A DNA stretch of 20,000 nt, taken from Chiloscyllium plagiosum. Taxonomy: Eukaryota. Of this stretch, positions 10,577-20,000 are shown in pieces. The notes beneath the pieces are model-generated. The model saw nothing but the letters and a program-made list of their open reading frames with translations, did not search any database and was not told where the DNA came from. The DNA lies in contig NC_057728.1 of assembly GCF_004010195.1 (NCBI RefSeq), forward strand, positions 50,456,965 through 50,476,964. Direction: 5' to 3'. The position numbers were made by a program, and so were the translations under genes. Every line of letters begins with the position of its first letter. Within the stretch, counting starts at the first letter, position 1.

Positions 10577-10789
10577 GACTGGGGAGCTGATTGAATTGGT
10601 TGGATCAAGTTGTGGAGGGATGGGTGGTGGTCCAACAGTGTGCTTTACCTGTGAATGCAGAAACTCTAGAGAACATGTTAGCTGCTGAAAGTGTCTTTGC
10701 ATTTCGTCTCTCATTCCTTCTTTATGAAGATGGACATCAGTATGAAGACAGTCATACGTGTAACTGCACTAAATTGTGCTGGCTATTTC

Positions 10790-10950
10790 AACCTTCTATG
10801 AATTCTTGAAATCTGTACTCTGTTCACTATTTATGACATTATCGAGTTTTATACAATCCATAAACTTCTAAATTGTATTGCCTAAACAATTCAGTCATTT
10901 ATAAACAACAGTGGTCCTAAAATCAAACCCTCTGGTGCCTCCATTGAGGT
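10790..10950 (-). mobile_element. Highly decayed CR1/L2 LINE RT fragment inside the LTR element
   Basis: The minus strand gives ...APEGLILGPLLFIK*..., resembling the GVPQGSILGPLLF motif, followed by a decayed KFADDTKL-like stretch. Confidence 0.5.
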
Positions 10951-11269
10951 TATTCAAAAATTATTTTCTTTTAACAAATTGATACTTTGCTGATGTGAAA
11001 GCTGTCAGGAAAAGCATTTCAGAATCTGGAACAGCAAGAAAACAACATTGTTTCCTGTCGTTTAGGAATTGAAGAGGTAGTTTCAGTTCAGACTTAAATC
11101 TTATATATTTGTGGGAAACATGCTGAATATATTAAAATACGTTTTCTAAATGAAACTTCACAAAACAGCCAAAAATAGAGACAATTTTGGTAGAGATCAA
11201 CATTCTTTGAATTTGCGATATGAAGGGGGCCAATGAAGTCTGAATAATAACTAATAGACTTTAAGCAGC

Positions 11270-11891
11270 AAGTTTTGAGAAGATTTGTAGCTCAGGTTGA
11301 GGTTGTGGATGTAGGTTTGCTTGCTGAGCTGGACGATTCGTTTCAGACGTTTCATCACCATACTAGGAAACATCTTCAGTGAGCCTCCAGATGAAGCACT
11401 GCTGATGATTCCTGCTTTCTATTTATATGTTTGGGCTTCTTTGGGTTGGTGATGTCGTTTGGACAAACAGGCAGAAAACTAGCCACCAGGATACATGAAC
11501 ATCAACTAGCCACAAAACGACATGACCCTCTCTCACTAGTATCCTTACATACGGCTGAGGAAGGAACAACTTCGACTGGGACAACACATCTATCCTAGGA
11601 CAAGCCAATCAGAGACCCGCACGAGAATTCCTAGAAGCATAGCATTCCAACTGGAACTCTATAAACAAACACATTGACTTGGACCTGATTTACCACTTCC
11701 TGAAAAAGAACAAGAAATAACATCACCACAGGAAACGACATCACCAACTCAAAGAAACCCAAACATATCAATAGAAAGCAGGAATCATCAGCAGTGCTTC
11801 GTCCAGTAGTTCACTGAAGATGTTACCTAGTAGGGTGACAAAACGTCTGAAAATGAACCTTGCAGCTCAGCGAGCAAACTTGCATCCAGAA
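11270..11891 (+). mobile_element. Penelope-like element fragment (GIY-YIG C-terminal part plus inverted terminal repeat), nested in the LTR element
   Basis: From 11461: GQTGRKLATRIHEHQLATKRHDPLSLVSLHTAEEG/NFDWDNTSILGQANQRPAREFLEA*, typical of PLE GIY-YIG endonucleases. Segment ~11307-11460 is the inverse of ~11733-11889. TTTAAGCAGC is duplicated at 11260-11269 and 11892-11901. Confidence 0.85.
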
Positions 11892-12257
11892 TTTAAGCAG
11901 CTCATCCTCAAGTTCTGATATTCTCTAAAATCTTAACAAAACATCAAACTCAAAATACACTCTTCTTTTTGTGAACACTCTGCATTAAAAGCAATGCCTC
12001 AAAGATATTGTAATACAATACTCTCTTCTGGCTAAAGCATGACCACTGACTAAACTTTTTTTTTAAACAGGCATTGTAGAATTTCAAACAAATTGGGGGC
12101 TCAAGGCACTGTCAATTTGTTTTAAGGTTACAAGTTTGATAATTTTAAAAAGAACATCATGTTGTATAATTTCAATGTAAAAACAAAATCTGCCCCATTA
12201 CATAGCGCACAAAACACATTGAGATCTTGATTCAAACAAGGCAAAACAGTTACTTAA

Positions 12258-12550
12258 CAGCCTGAACCTCCATTAAACGCAGACAGCCCAAACCTCAACC
12301 AAATCCACTCCAAGGGATTCAAACCCCAGTAACACGCAGAGGACTCAAACCTCAATCACAGAAAGCATGAACCTCAGCACGGTGCAGAGGACCCGAACCT
12401 TGACCAAACTCACCCCAGGGGACTCTAACCTCAATCACACCCCACCACCCCAGGGAACTCTAATCCCAATACCGCGCAAAGGACTTAAACCTCAATCAGA
12501 ACCTCCCACCCCCAGTGCAGTGCAGTGCAGCGCAGCGGACTCTAACTTCT
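12258..12550 (-). repeat. Degenerate tandem leader repeats (~10 units, core GGACTCWAACCTCAA on +)
   Basis: Units start near 12258, 12284, 12314, 12340, 12364, 12388, 12419, 12454, 12480 and 12536, mostly 24-35 bp apart, downstream of the PBS. Confidence 0.75.
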
Positions 12551-12752
12551 GCCTCCCAGCCCGCTTGTGAAACTGTGTCTCTCGATTGAACTAATTACTG
12601 TTCGTAGAATCCGTAGAATTGAGAATGATTGAGTCTTTCTGGCACACAAGAATATCGAGAAGGACCAAGGTTTAAAATTTTACCATGTGGGCCTGTCCGT
12701 CTCGACACCGTTGTTCCGGGCGGCCACTGACACTGTCCGATCATAACTATCT

Positions 12753-12776
12753 GTTTGAATCCTGCTGACTGCACCA
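12753..12776 (-). promoter_or_regulatory. Primer binding site, tRNA-Ser-like
   Basis: The minus strand reads TGGTGCAGTCAGCAGGATTCAAAC, 4 nt after the LTR. The plus strand GTTTGAATCCTGCTGACTGCACCA resembles the recalled vertebrate tRNA-Ser 3' end GTTCGAATCCTGCCGACTACGCCA. Three of the four mismatches are CpG-type transitions. Confidence 0.8.
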
Positions 12777-12780
12777 ATAT

Positions 12781-13286
12781 TGTCATCCCGTTTCCCCCTC
12801 AGTCAAAGCAAAATGCTCAGAGATACAGTATTGTTTTACCTCTTTCATCTTTATTCCGGGAGAGAGAATGATCACCAGTGTTCACAGGGACATGAATTCA
12901 CGGTCTTCTCTGGAGCAGCAGTTTCTCAATGAACTTATATAGTCATTTTACAGGAGGAGCTGCCAGATAAGGCAAGATATATATTAATTGAGTGACCATT
13001 ACAATCAGTGAGCATCAATAGTAAAGATTAAGCCATCTGCTGTTCCACAATGAATAATTGGCTTCACATAATGAATACTTTTCCCCTTGTTAAACTGACC
13101 TCTCATACTGAATGCTTGCAATATTGTTAAATGGCTCTACATAATGACTGCTTTTCCACCTTGTTAACCCATTACCTTTGCCACTAGCACCCCATTGTTA
13201 ACTGTAAGTTCATATCTGATCTTAGTCAAACTCAGCTGAACCTCTTAACTCTTTCCCTGCCTGCTTATACCCTATACACCTTCTCA
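12781..13286 (-). repeat. 5' LTR
   Basis: Aligns end to end with 9357-9922. Has TG..CA termini, minus-strand TATATAAG at 12941-12934 and AATAAA at 12855-12850. The PBS follows it. Confidence 0.88.
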
Positions 13287-15257
13287 AGGTGAATTTTCTA
13301 AAATTACAAATATTTTTATATAATTACACATCCATACATGTTTGAACATTCATATTAACACACTATTCAGATTTAAAAGCTTTAAGTGTATATCGTGATA
13401 TTATTTATTTTGAGGACTATGGTTAAAAACTGGTTTCTACAATAAGCTAATTACTGTCCATATTAATGTTAATAGAAATAAACTTAAGTGAATGCCTGCT
13501 AATGTTTTTTTGAGCCATTTTCTAAGAGTTGCTGACAAATCCAGCTGTTGTTATCTATTATAAACTTAGCTTAAAGAAGATTAGTTTCCCTTTCGGAAGT
13601 GTCCAAACAATAGTTTGAGTGAACTAGAACAGATCCTTGGAGGAAGCAGCAAAGATAATTTCAGAATTTTTTTTGAAGAAAGTCTGGAATAGCTGATGGT
13701 TTGCTAGTGTGCCCCCCAGACTGATGGTGGCAGCTGTGCTTAGAATGCATAAGGTAATTGTGTTGGACTGTTAATAAAGTTCATTGACTGATATCAGTGC
13801 TACATTGTTCAAGAGTTTTCTCCATTAATAAGTGTTGTAATAGTATAAAGGGGGAAATTGATATCTACGAGCACATCAAATGGCTGAGAAAGCTAAGATT
13901 GGCAAGAGTTGTTTTTATAAATTGAATAGAGCAGAGGAAAACAAATGCTATGTAGTTTTTCCACTGCACCAGTTTAAGCTAACTATATCTTGTTCAACTA
14001 CTCAGCCTCTTGTGTAAATTATTGTGTTTTGCTTTGGACTCCAGTGATATGGTATCTAACTCTATTCCAGTAGTATGTTGCAAATTTGTGAAATTAAAGA
14101 TGAAGCAACCCTTCCTGTTTCGCATGGGTTTGATTCATAGCTATCGATGCTGATCATTTACTTAATATGTAATCAGTTGCTTTAATTTTCCAATTGAGCA
14201 AATATCCATTTATTGTAAACTAAAAGGATTGTTGCTATCTGTGGTTAAAATTGGACTGCTACTGGTATTTTAAATGTATAATAGCTTTCCAAATCACTGT
14301 ATAGTATCATTCAAGAGCAACAAATGTGGAAAAGTATATAGTTGAAAAAATGAGACGTGTTCCATAAACCATGCACAGCTGCTCAGTGACAAAATTTTCA
14401 ACTTTTTCCATCCGTAGTACACATGGAGCTATAAAACTCTGTTAAGAATAATTCTGCGTGTAGCTGCTAGTATTTCCTCTGTCAAGCTTTTGATGCTGTC
14501 CATCCATCTAGTCCTTTTGAGTTGGCTTTTTGTCCCCTTGATGTTTCACCACTTATTGTTGTCAGTGTCAGACTCTTGCCCTAACTCTTCCAAATGTCAT
14601 ACTTAAATTACCACTTTGTTTTCCAACTTAAAGCCTGAGAGATGCTGGAAGTCTGATTTTCCTTGTATAAATTTATTAATGGTACCTTCTGACCATCTAA
14701 TTCTAAGGAACCTTCACATTTCAAAGGTTGCAATCCTCTAACCATCAGCCTTACTGAGAGACCAGTTGTCTTATCCAGACAGTGCAAAGCTTTGTAATAG
14801 GGATTTTTGCAAATTTGTTTCTCCCAACAATTTAATGTGACCACTTCTTGAAGTCAGATATACAGGATGTAAAAACAGTCGCTTATTGTGATCCCTGTTG
14901 CCCCACACAGTTATATTTTTCTAATGAAACTTGCAAAAGTATTCAACTATTAAATACTGATTACTATTTCATAGCTGTTTCATATAGTGCAAACAGCTGC
15001 ATTAATTACTGCAGCAGTTCAATGTTTGTGAGCGCTGCCTAGTTCAGAATCCTGATTTGACAAACTTGGTTGCAGGTTTGACGAGGGTTCCAACAAGAGG
15101 TATGTAATATCTCTCTTTCCAGTGCTATGTTGAATGTGTCACTCTGTTGAGCAAAAATCATTCTGTCCTGATTCATCTAAGATGATGGATTTTAGTGTAG
15201 GATCAGTATAGAACATGGTATTTGTGTATGAGAGTGATTCAGTTTCATAAAGAAAGT

Positions 15258-15635
15258 GGTTGCGTTTATGCAGCATTTTTCAGAACCCTCACATACCCCA
15301 AATCACTTCATTCGCCAAGTGCAGTCGGTACTTAGAAATGTGACAGCTTATTTGCAGTCAGCATTGAGATAATTGGATACATATTTTTAGGATGTTGGTT
15401 ATGGGGTAAACAAATACCAGGATGGACTCCCCTGCTCTATTGAAGTAGTGTAATGGAATCTTTATGCAATCTCAATAAGGAAGGTTCTGTTTATTGTCTT
15501 GTTCAAAAGGTGACACCTCTGACAGTGAGCACTGCAATGCACAGTTAATCAAGGTGTTATGATGCAGTCTCTGGAGAAGAACTTGAACCATAATTTCCTG
15601 AGCCAAGTGGGAATATTACCATTTAGCCACACCTG
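15258..15635 (-). mobile_element. DeuSINE-like (SacSINE1-type) element
   Basis: Tail ttgcgtttatgcagcattttt, core actcccctgctctattgaagtagtgtaatggaatcttt...gacacctctgacagtg, and a reverse B-box-like gaacttgaacc near 15580. Confidence 0.6.
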
Positions 15636-16315
15636 AGGAATTCAGTGGAAGATAGGTTGAGATTAGGATGGAAGGACAATGTTTGAGGTGAATTTAGTTG
15701 CTCTCTATTGTGGAACAGATATGGGGCTGGATGTTCAGCATGTGGTTAAATAGAATAAAATATATGCAAGCTATTTCTGATTCAAAGGGTGGCTTTAGAG
15801 CAGTAGGGTAGATGGGATGCAAACAACGTTAGATATAAAAAAATGGTGGAAGGAGACTCATGGATTTTTCTTGTGACTATCCTCTGATTTTCTCAAGCAG
15901 GGAGGGTTTTAATTGAAATTACTTTTGGGAATTCTATACTCCCAAAAAAAGATTGGGGGGGCTGGGGTTTGGAAATACATGAGGAAAGAGGGATTGGATT
16001 GAGTGAAATTTAGCGGAGGCCTGTCCAAGTGTTTGTCAAGGGCTTCAGAGAGATTTGTTTGTTGAGAGTTTGTTAGTTGCAGTTTAAATAATGACTAGGA
16101 GTAGGTTCCTGGATCCATTATTCTTCTTAGGCTGAATCTAGGAGTCGGAAGGCTCACTATCTCTTTGGTCAGAGCCAGAGATTTGAGAGCCGACTGATAG
16201 AGGATCCAAGGAAGAGGCTGTTTCGGTTGCTAGGAGCTTTTAAGATTTAGTTTTTTTCATGCTTAAAATTTAAAAACTATGGGTAAGGGAAGGGTAGATT
16301 CGCTTTAAGAAAAGT

Positions 16316-16603
16316 GGGCGGCACGGTGGGACAGTGGTTAGCACTGCTGCCTCACAGAGCCAGAGACCCGGGTTCAGTTCCCGCCTCAGGCAACTGTCGG
16401 TGTGGAGTTTGCACATTCTCCCCGTGTCTGCGTGGGTTTTCTCCGGGTGTTCCGGTTTCCTCCCACAGTCCAAAAATGTGCAGGTTAGGTGAATTGGCAA
16501 TGCTAAATTGCCCGTAGTGTTAGGTCTGGGTGGGTTGCTCTTTGGAGGGTCGGTGTGGACTTGTTGGGCCGAAGGGCCTGTTTCCACACTGTAAGTAATC
16601 TAA
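16316..16603 (+). mobile_element. HE1-type V-SINE
   Basis: tRNA-derived head GGGCGGCACGGTGG..AGTGGTTAGCACTGCTGCCTCACAG...GGGTTCAGTTCC, V-domain GTGTGGAGTTTGCACATTCTCCCCGTGTCTGCGTGGG and LINE-derived tail GGGCCGAAGGGCCTGTTTCC. AAAAGT is duplicated at 16310-16315 and 16604-16609. Confidence 0.92.
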
Positions 16604-16699
16604 AAAAGTTGTTTCAATAACTTTTTTCAGGCCTTGTAGAATATAGGCTTCAAGTTCTCCCAGCATAGTGTCAGCAGCAGTCTATAAACACTGGATTTG

Positions 16700-19385
16700 A
16701 GCGAAGTGTGGGTCTTTTTAGGCAAGTCCACGTTAGCAAAGTTTTAAGGGGCAATTGTGGCAGTCGGTGGAGTAGTGTGGCTGACTGTTGCTGGAGATTT
16801 GTCTGCAGGACGTGTGTTTGGATCAGTCTCCTATCAGATCATTTGGCTCAGCTGGAGAGACAGTTGGAGTCACTGAGGGGCATACAAGAAGTTCAGAGTA
16901 TGATTGTTAGATTTAGAGAGATGGTCACAGCACAGATTCAGTATGACAGATGAATGACTGTCAGGTGGTAGGCAGGTAGTGCTGGAGTTTCTTGTGGTTA
17001 TTCCCCTCAGATTTATACCATTCTATGTGGGGTAGGTCCTCAGAGGAAAGTAGAAGTGACAGCCAGACATTGGACACCAAGAATTAATCTTTTAGTAAGC
17101 GGGGTTTGTCAAGGTTCAAACAAATCACTCTTGTAGGGGACTTTCTTGTCGGGGCAAAGACAGGAGATTCTGCAATCGTGAGCAAGAATTCAAAGTGGTA
17201 TGTTGCCTGCCTGATCTCAAAGCAGTTGCAACGTATTGTCAAAGGGGACAGTGAGAAGCCAGAAGTTATTGTACACATTTGTAAGGACAGCATAGTTCGG
17301 GATGGGGTTGAGGCTTTGCAGAGTGAATATAGGAACTTAAGTAGGAGGTTAAAGAGCAGATCCTCAAAGGTGGTAATCACGGGATTACTGCCGGTGCCAT
17401 GTGCTAGTGACGGCAGGAATAAGAAGATAGGACAGATAAATCAATGTCTGAGAAGGTGGTGCAATGGGCAAGGATTCAGATTTTTCAGTGATTGGGATCC
17501 CTTCTGGGGCAGAAGAGACCTGTTCAAAAGGGACTAGTTTTACCTGAATTGGAGGTGGGTGGGGCATGATCTTTGCAAGGAGACTTGCTAGTTCTATTCT
17601 TAGCAAGTTTTGAGAAGATTTGTAGCTCAGATTGAGGTTCTGGATGTAGGATTGCTTGCTGAGTTGGAAGGTTCATTTCCAGACGTTTTTTCACCCTACT
17701 AGGTAACCTCTTCAGTGGGCCTCTGGGCGAAGGCTTTGCCCGGAGGCCCACTGAGGATGTTACCTAGTTCAGGTGACGAAACTTCTGGAAATGAACCTTC
17801 TAGCTCAGCAAGCAATCTTACATCCAGTTCTTTTCTGAAGACTTTAAACTAGTCAGGAGGGAGGTGGGGGGATCTTTAAGTAATAGTGGAAATAGAAAGA
17901 CAGATGAAGATAGCTCTGAAGTTAGAGAGCAAGTTAATTAAATAAGGCAGACGAGCAAGTCAGTGAATGCGGTAATATAGAATTAGACTGCACTTAGTTC
18001 AGTTGCAAGGGGCCTTACGGGTAAGGTAGAGGAACTTTGCATGTGTGGAACATGGGACTGGGACCTCGAAGCTATTACAGAAACATGGCTGAGGGAGGGA
18101 CAGACTGGCAGCTAAATGTTCCAGGGTTTAGATGCTAATGGAAGGATAGAAAGGCAGTCAAGAGAGGAGGGGGTGTGACATTTTTGAGTAGGGAAAACAT
18201 TACTGTTTGCTTATGATATTTCTGGATCGTCCAGGGAATCTAAATGGGTGGAACTCAGGAATAAGAAGGGGCTGATCACCTTGATGGGATTGTACAATAG
18301 GCTCCCTCTAGTCAGTGGGAAACTGAGGAGCAAATATGTAGAGAAAAATATGCAAATATGTAAAAATAATCTGATTGTAATGGGGGACTTTAACTTTCCA
18401 AACACAGATTGGGACTACCATAGTGTTAAGGGCTTGGTTGGTGTGGAATTTGCTAAATGTGTTCAAAAAAACACTTTTGATCTATGTCTATGTACCTAGT
18501 AGAGATGGAGCAAAACTTTATCACCTCTTGCTGAGGCAGAGGGGTAAAGGCAAGGCGAATGACTGAAGAGTTACTGCGGAGCAGTTTGAGACCAGAGGTC
18601 ATAACCCTATTAGTTTTAAACAGCTATGGAAATAGATAGACATTGTATAAAAAGGTAAAGGTCTTAATTGGAGTAAGGCAAATTTTGACGGTATGAGACA
18701 GACATTTTCAAAAGTTGATTGGAATAGACTGTTTGCAGGTAAAGAGATGTCTGGTCAGTGTGAAGCTTTCAAAAGATAACAAGTTCAGAGACCATTATGT
18801 TTCTATTAGTGAAAGGTAAGGCTAGTAAGAGTAGGGAACAATGGATGAATAAAGCTATTGAAGTTCTGGTCAAGAATAAGGAGGAGGCATTTGTTAAGTA
18901 TGGACAACTGGAATCAAGTGAATCTCTTGAAGTATAAGGGAATAGGGGCATTCTTAAGTGGGAAATCAGGGGGACAAAAAGGGAATGTGATAGCCTTGGC
19001 AGGTAAGTTTAAGGATAATCTGAAGAGATATTACATGTACATTAGCAAAGAGAGCAACTTAGGAGAGAACAGGGCCCTTTAAAATCAACGAGGTTGTCTG
19101 TGTGGGACCACAGGAGATGGGAGAGATACAAAATGAATATTTGGCATCACTTTTTGCTGTGGAGAAAGACATGGAGGGTAGGGAACACAAGATAAATATT
19201 GATATCTTGGAAAAGGAGGTGCTGGAGGCCTTAAAAAAGAAATGGTGGATAAATCTCTGGGAGCTGATTAAATGTATCCCAGGACATTGTGGGAGATTAG
19301 GGAAGAAATTGCGGTATCTCTAACAGATATTTGTATCATCTACAGCCACGGGTGAGGTGTCTGAGGATTGGAGGGTGGCTAATTG
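16700..19385 (+). mobile_element. CR1-clade LINE, 5' half (ORF1 Cys-motif/coiled coil plus SGNH esterase; ORF2 AP endonuclease), decayed and 3'-truncated
   Basis: ORF1 pieces FVCRTCVWISLLSDHLAQLERQLESLR and PEVIVHICKD...SKVVITGLLPVP...RRWCNGQGFRF...DLFKRD. ORF2 pieces AITETWLREGQ, ELRNKKG...LIVMGDFNFPNTDW and ATGEVSEDWRVAN. Many stops and frameshifts. The 5' UTR probably extends upstream past the SINE. Confidence 0.9.
17602..17827. mobile_element. Fold-back Penelope-like insertion inside the CR1 element
   Basis: Same start as the 11270 element. 17640-17827 is a near-perfect palindrome centred near 17733. Flanked by AGTTCTATTCT / AGTTCTTTTCT. Confidence 0.82.
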
Positions 19386-19389
19386 AGTT

Positions 19390-19690
19390 CTAAAGCATGG
19401 AAACAGAACCATCGATCCAACTCGTCCATGCTGACCAGATATTCTAAATAAATCTAGGCCCATTGGCCCATATCCTCTAAATGCTTCCTACTAATGTACC
19501 ATCCAGATTCCTTTTAAATGTTGTAATATTACCCGCCTCCATCACTTTCTCTAGCAGCTCATTCCAAACACACACCACCCTCTACATGAAAAGGCTGCCC
19601 CTTAGGTCCCTTTTAAATCTTACTCCTTTCGCCTTAAACCTATGCCCTCTAGTTTTGGACTCCCCTACCTTGGGAAGATATATTGTCTAT
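19390..19690 (-). mobile_element. HER1/CR1 LINE 3' end
   Basis: Homologous to 30-160 (cccttaggtcccttttaaat...aaacctatgccctctagttttggactcccc) and carries the reverse tail catggaaacagaacc...ccaactcgtccatgctgacc. Confidence 0.82.
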
Positions 19691-19694
19691 TCAG

Positions 19695-20000
19695 GTAAAA
19701 ACAATGACTGCAGATGCTGGAAACCAGATTCTGGATCAGTGGTGCTGGAAGAGCACAGCAATTCAGGCAGCATCCGAGGACAGGCAAAATCGACGTTTCG
19801 GGCAAAAGCCCTTCATCAGGAATAAAGGCAGAGAGCCTGAAGCGTGGAGAGATAAGCTAGAGGAGGGGGGGGGTGGGGAGAAAGTGGCATAGAGTACAAT
19901 AGGTCAGTGGGGAAGGAGATATACACGCCGTGACATCGAACAATTCTTCCGTCGCCTCCGCCTCCAAGCTTACTTTCACAATCAGGACTCCCGCCCACCT
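19695..20000 (-). mobile_element. Penelope-like element 3' region with hammerhead motif (runs off the window)
   Basis: Minus-strand CTGATGA-A-GGGC-TTTT-GCCC-GAAAC-GTC at 19819-19792. Reverse homology to 4865-4996. Confidence 0.75.

Larger units (their letters stand above)
9357..13286 (-). mobile_element. Non-autonomous LTR retroelement (ERV-like) carrying a captured RBPMS2 retrocopy
   Basis: Direct repeats at 9357-9922 and 12781-13286 read TGAGAA...GACA on the minus strand. The PBS lies next to the right copy and the PPT next to the left copy. Flanks are AAGT (9353-9356) and AGGT (13287-13290), a 3/4-matching 4-bp TSD. No RT or integrase ORF inside. Confidence 0.88.

Noticed and set aside
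10319..10714. 131-aa ORF as a functional gene
   Set aside because: Only residues 47-99 are RBPMS2-like. RNP1 is deleted, conserved residues are substituted and the tail is out of frame.
12258..12550. Repeat-spacer pattern resembling a CRISPR array
   Set aside because: The repeats are short and degenerate, the spacers resemble each other, there are no cas genes, the context is vertebrate, and the array lies in an LTR leader.
12753..12776. tRNA gene
   Set aside because: Only the 3' 24 nt match and there is no cloverleaf. Its position next to the LTR identifies it as a PBS.
15076..15099. Possible PPFIBP1 micro-exon (tgcAG...GAG/GTATGT)
   Set aside because: The upstream exon ends in phase 0, and that frame reads GTT TGA (stop). 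There is no similarity to the expected next exon (TNGH...YQERLARLE).
16270..16587. ORFs of 105 aa and 67 aa
   Set aside because: Chance reading frames across the HE1 SINE.

Overview
Eukaryotic, repeat-rich intronic DNA, most likely from a cartilaginous fish: it carries an HE1-type V-SINE, HER1/CR1-type LINEs and Penelope-like repeats of the kind seen in sharks. The only host coding sequence I can support is one internal exon of PPFIBP1 (liprin-beta-1) at 2497-2702 (+). The main finding is a structurally complete, non-autonomous LTR element on the minus strand at 9357-13286. It has two ~510-570 bp TG..CA LTRs, a tRNA-Ser-like primer binding site, a polypurine tract, a probable 4-bp target-site duplication (TSD) and a leader of ~10 B-box-like repeats. 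It has no recognisable pol. It instead carries an intronless, doubly deleted copy of the host RNA-binding-protein gene RBPMS2 in the element's own sense, which suggests retrovirus-style capture of a cellular mRNA. The window also holds many short Penelope-like insertions with minimal hammerhead-ribozyme motifs, several of them as hairpins. All family and gene assignments come from recall of known sequences; no database search was run.
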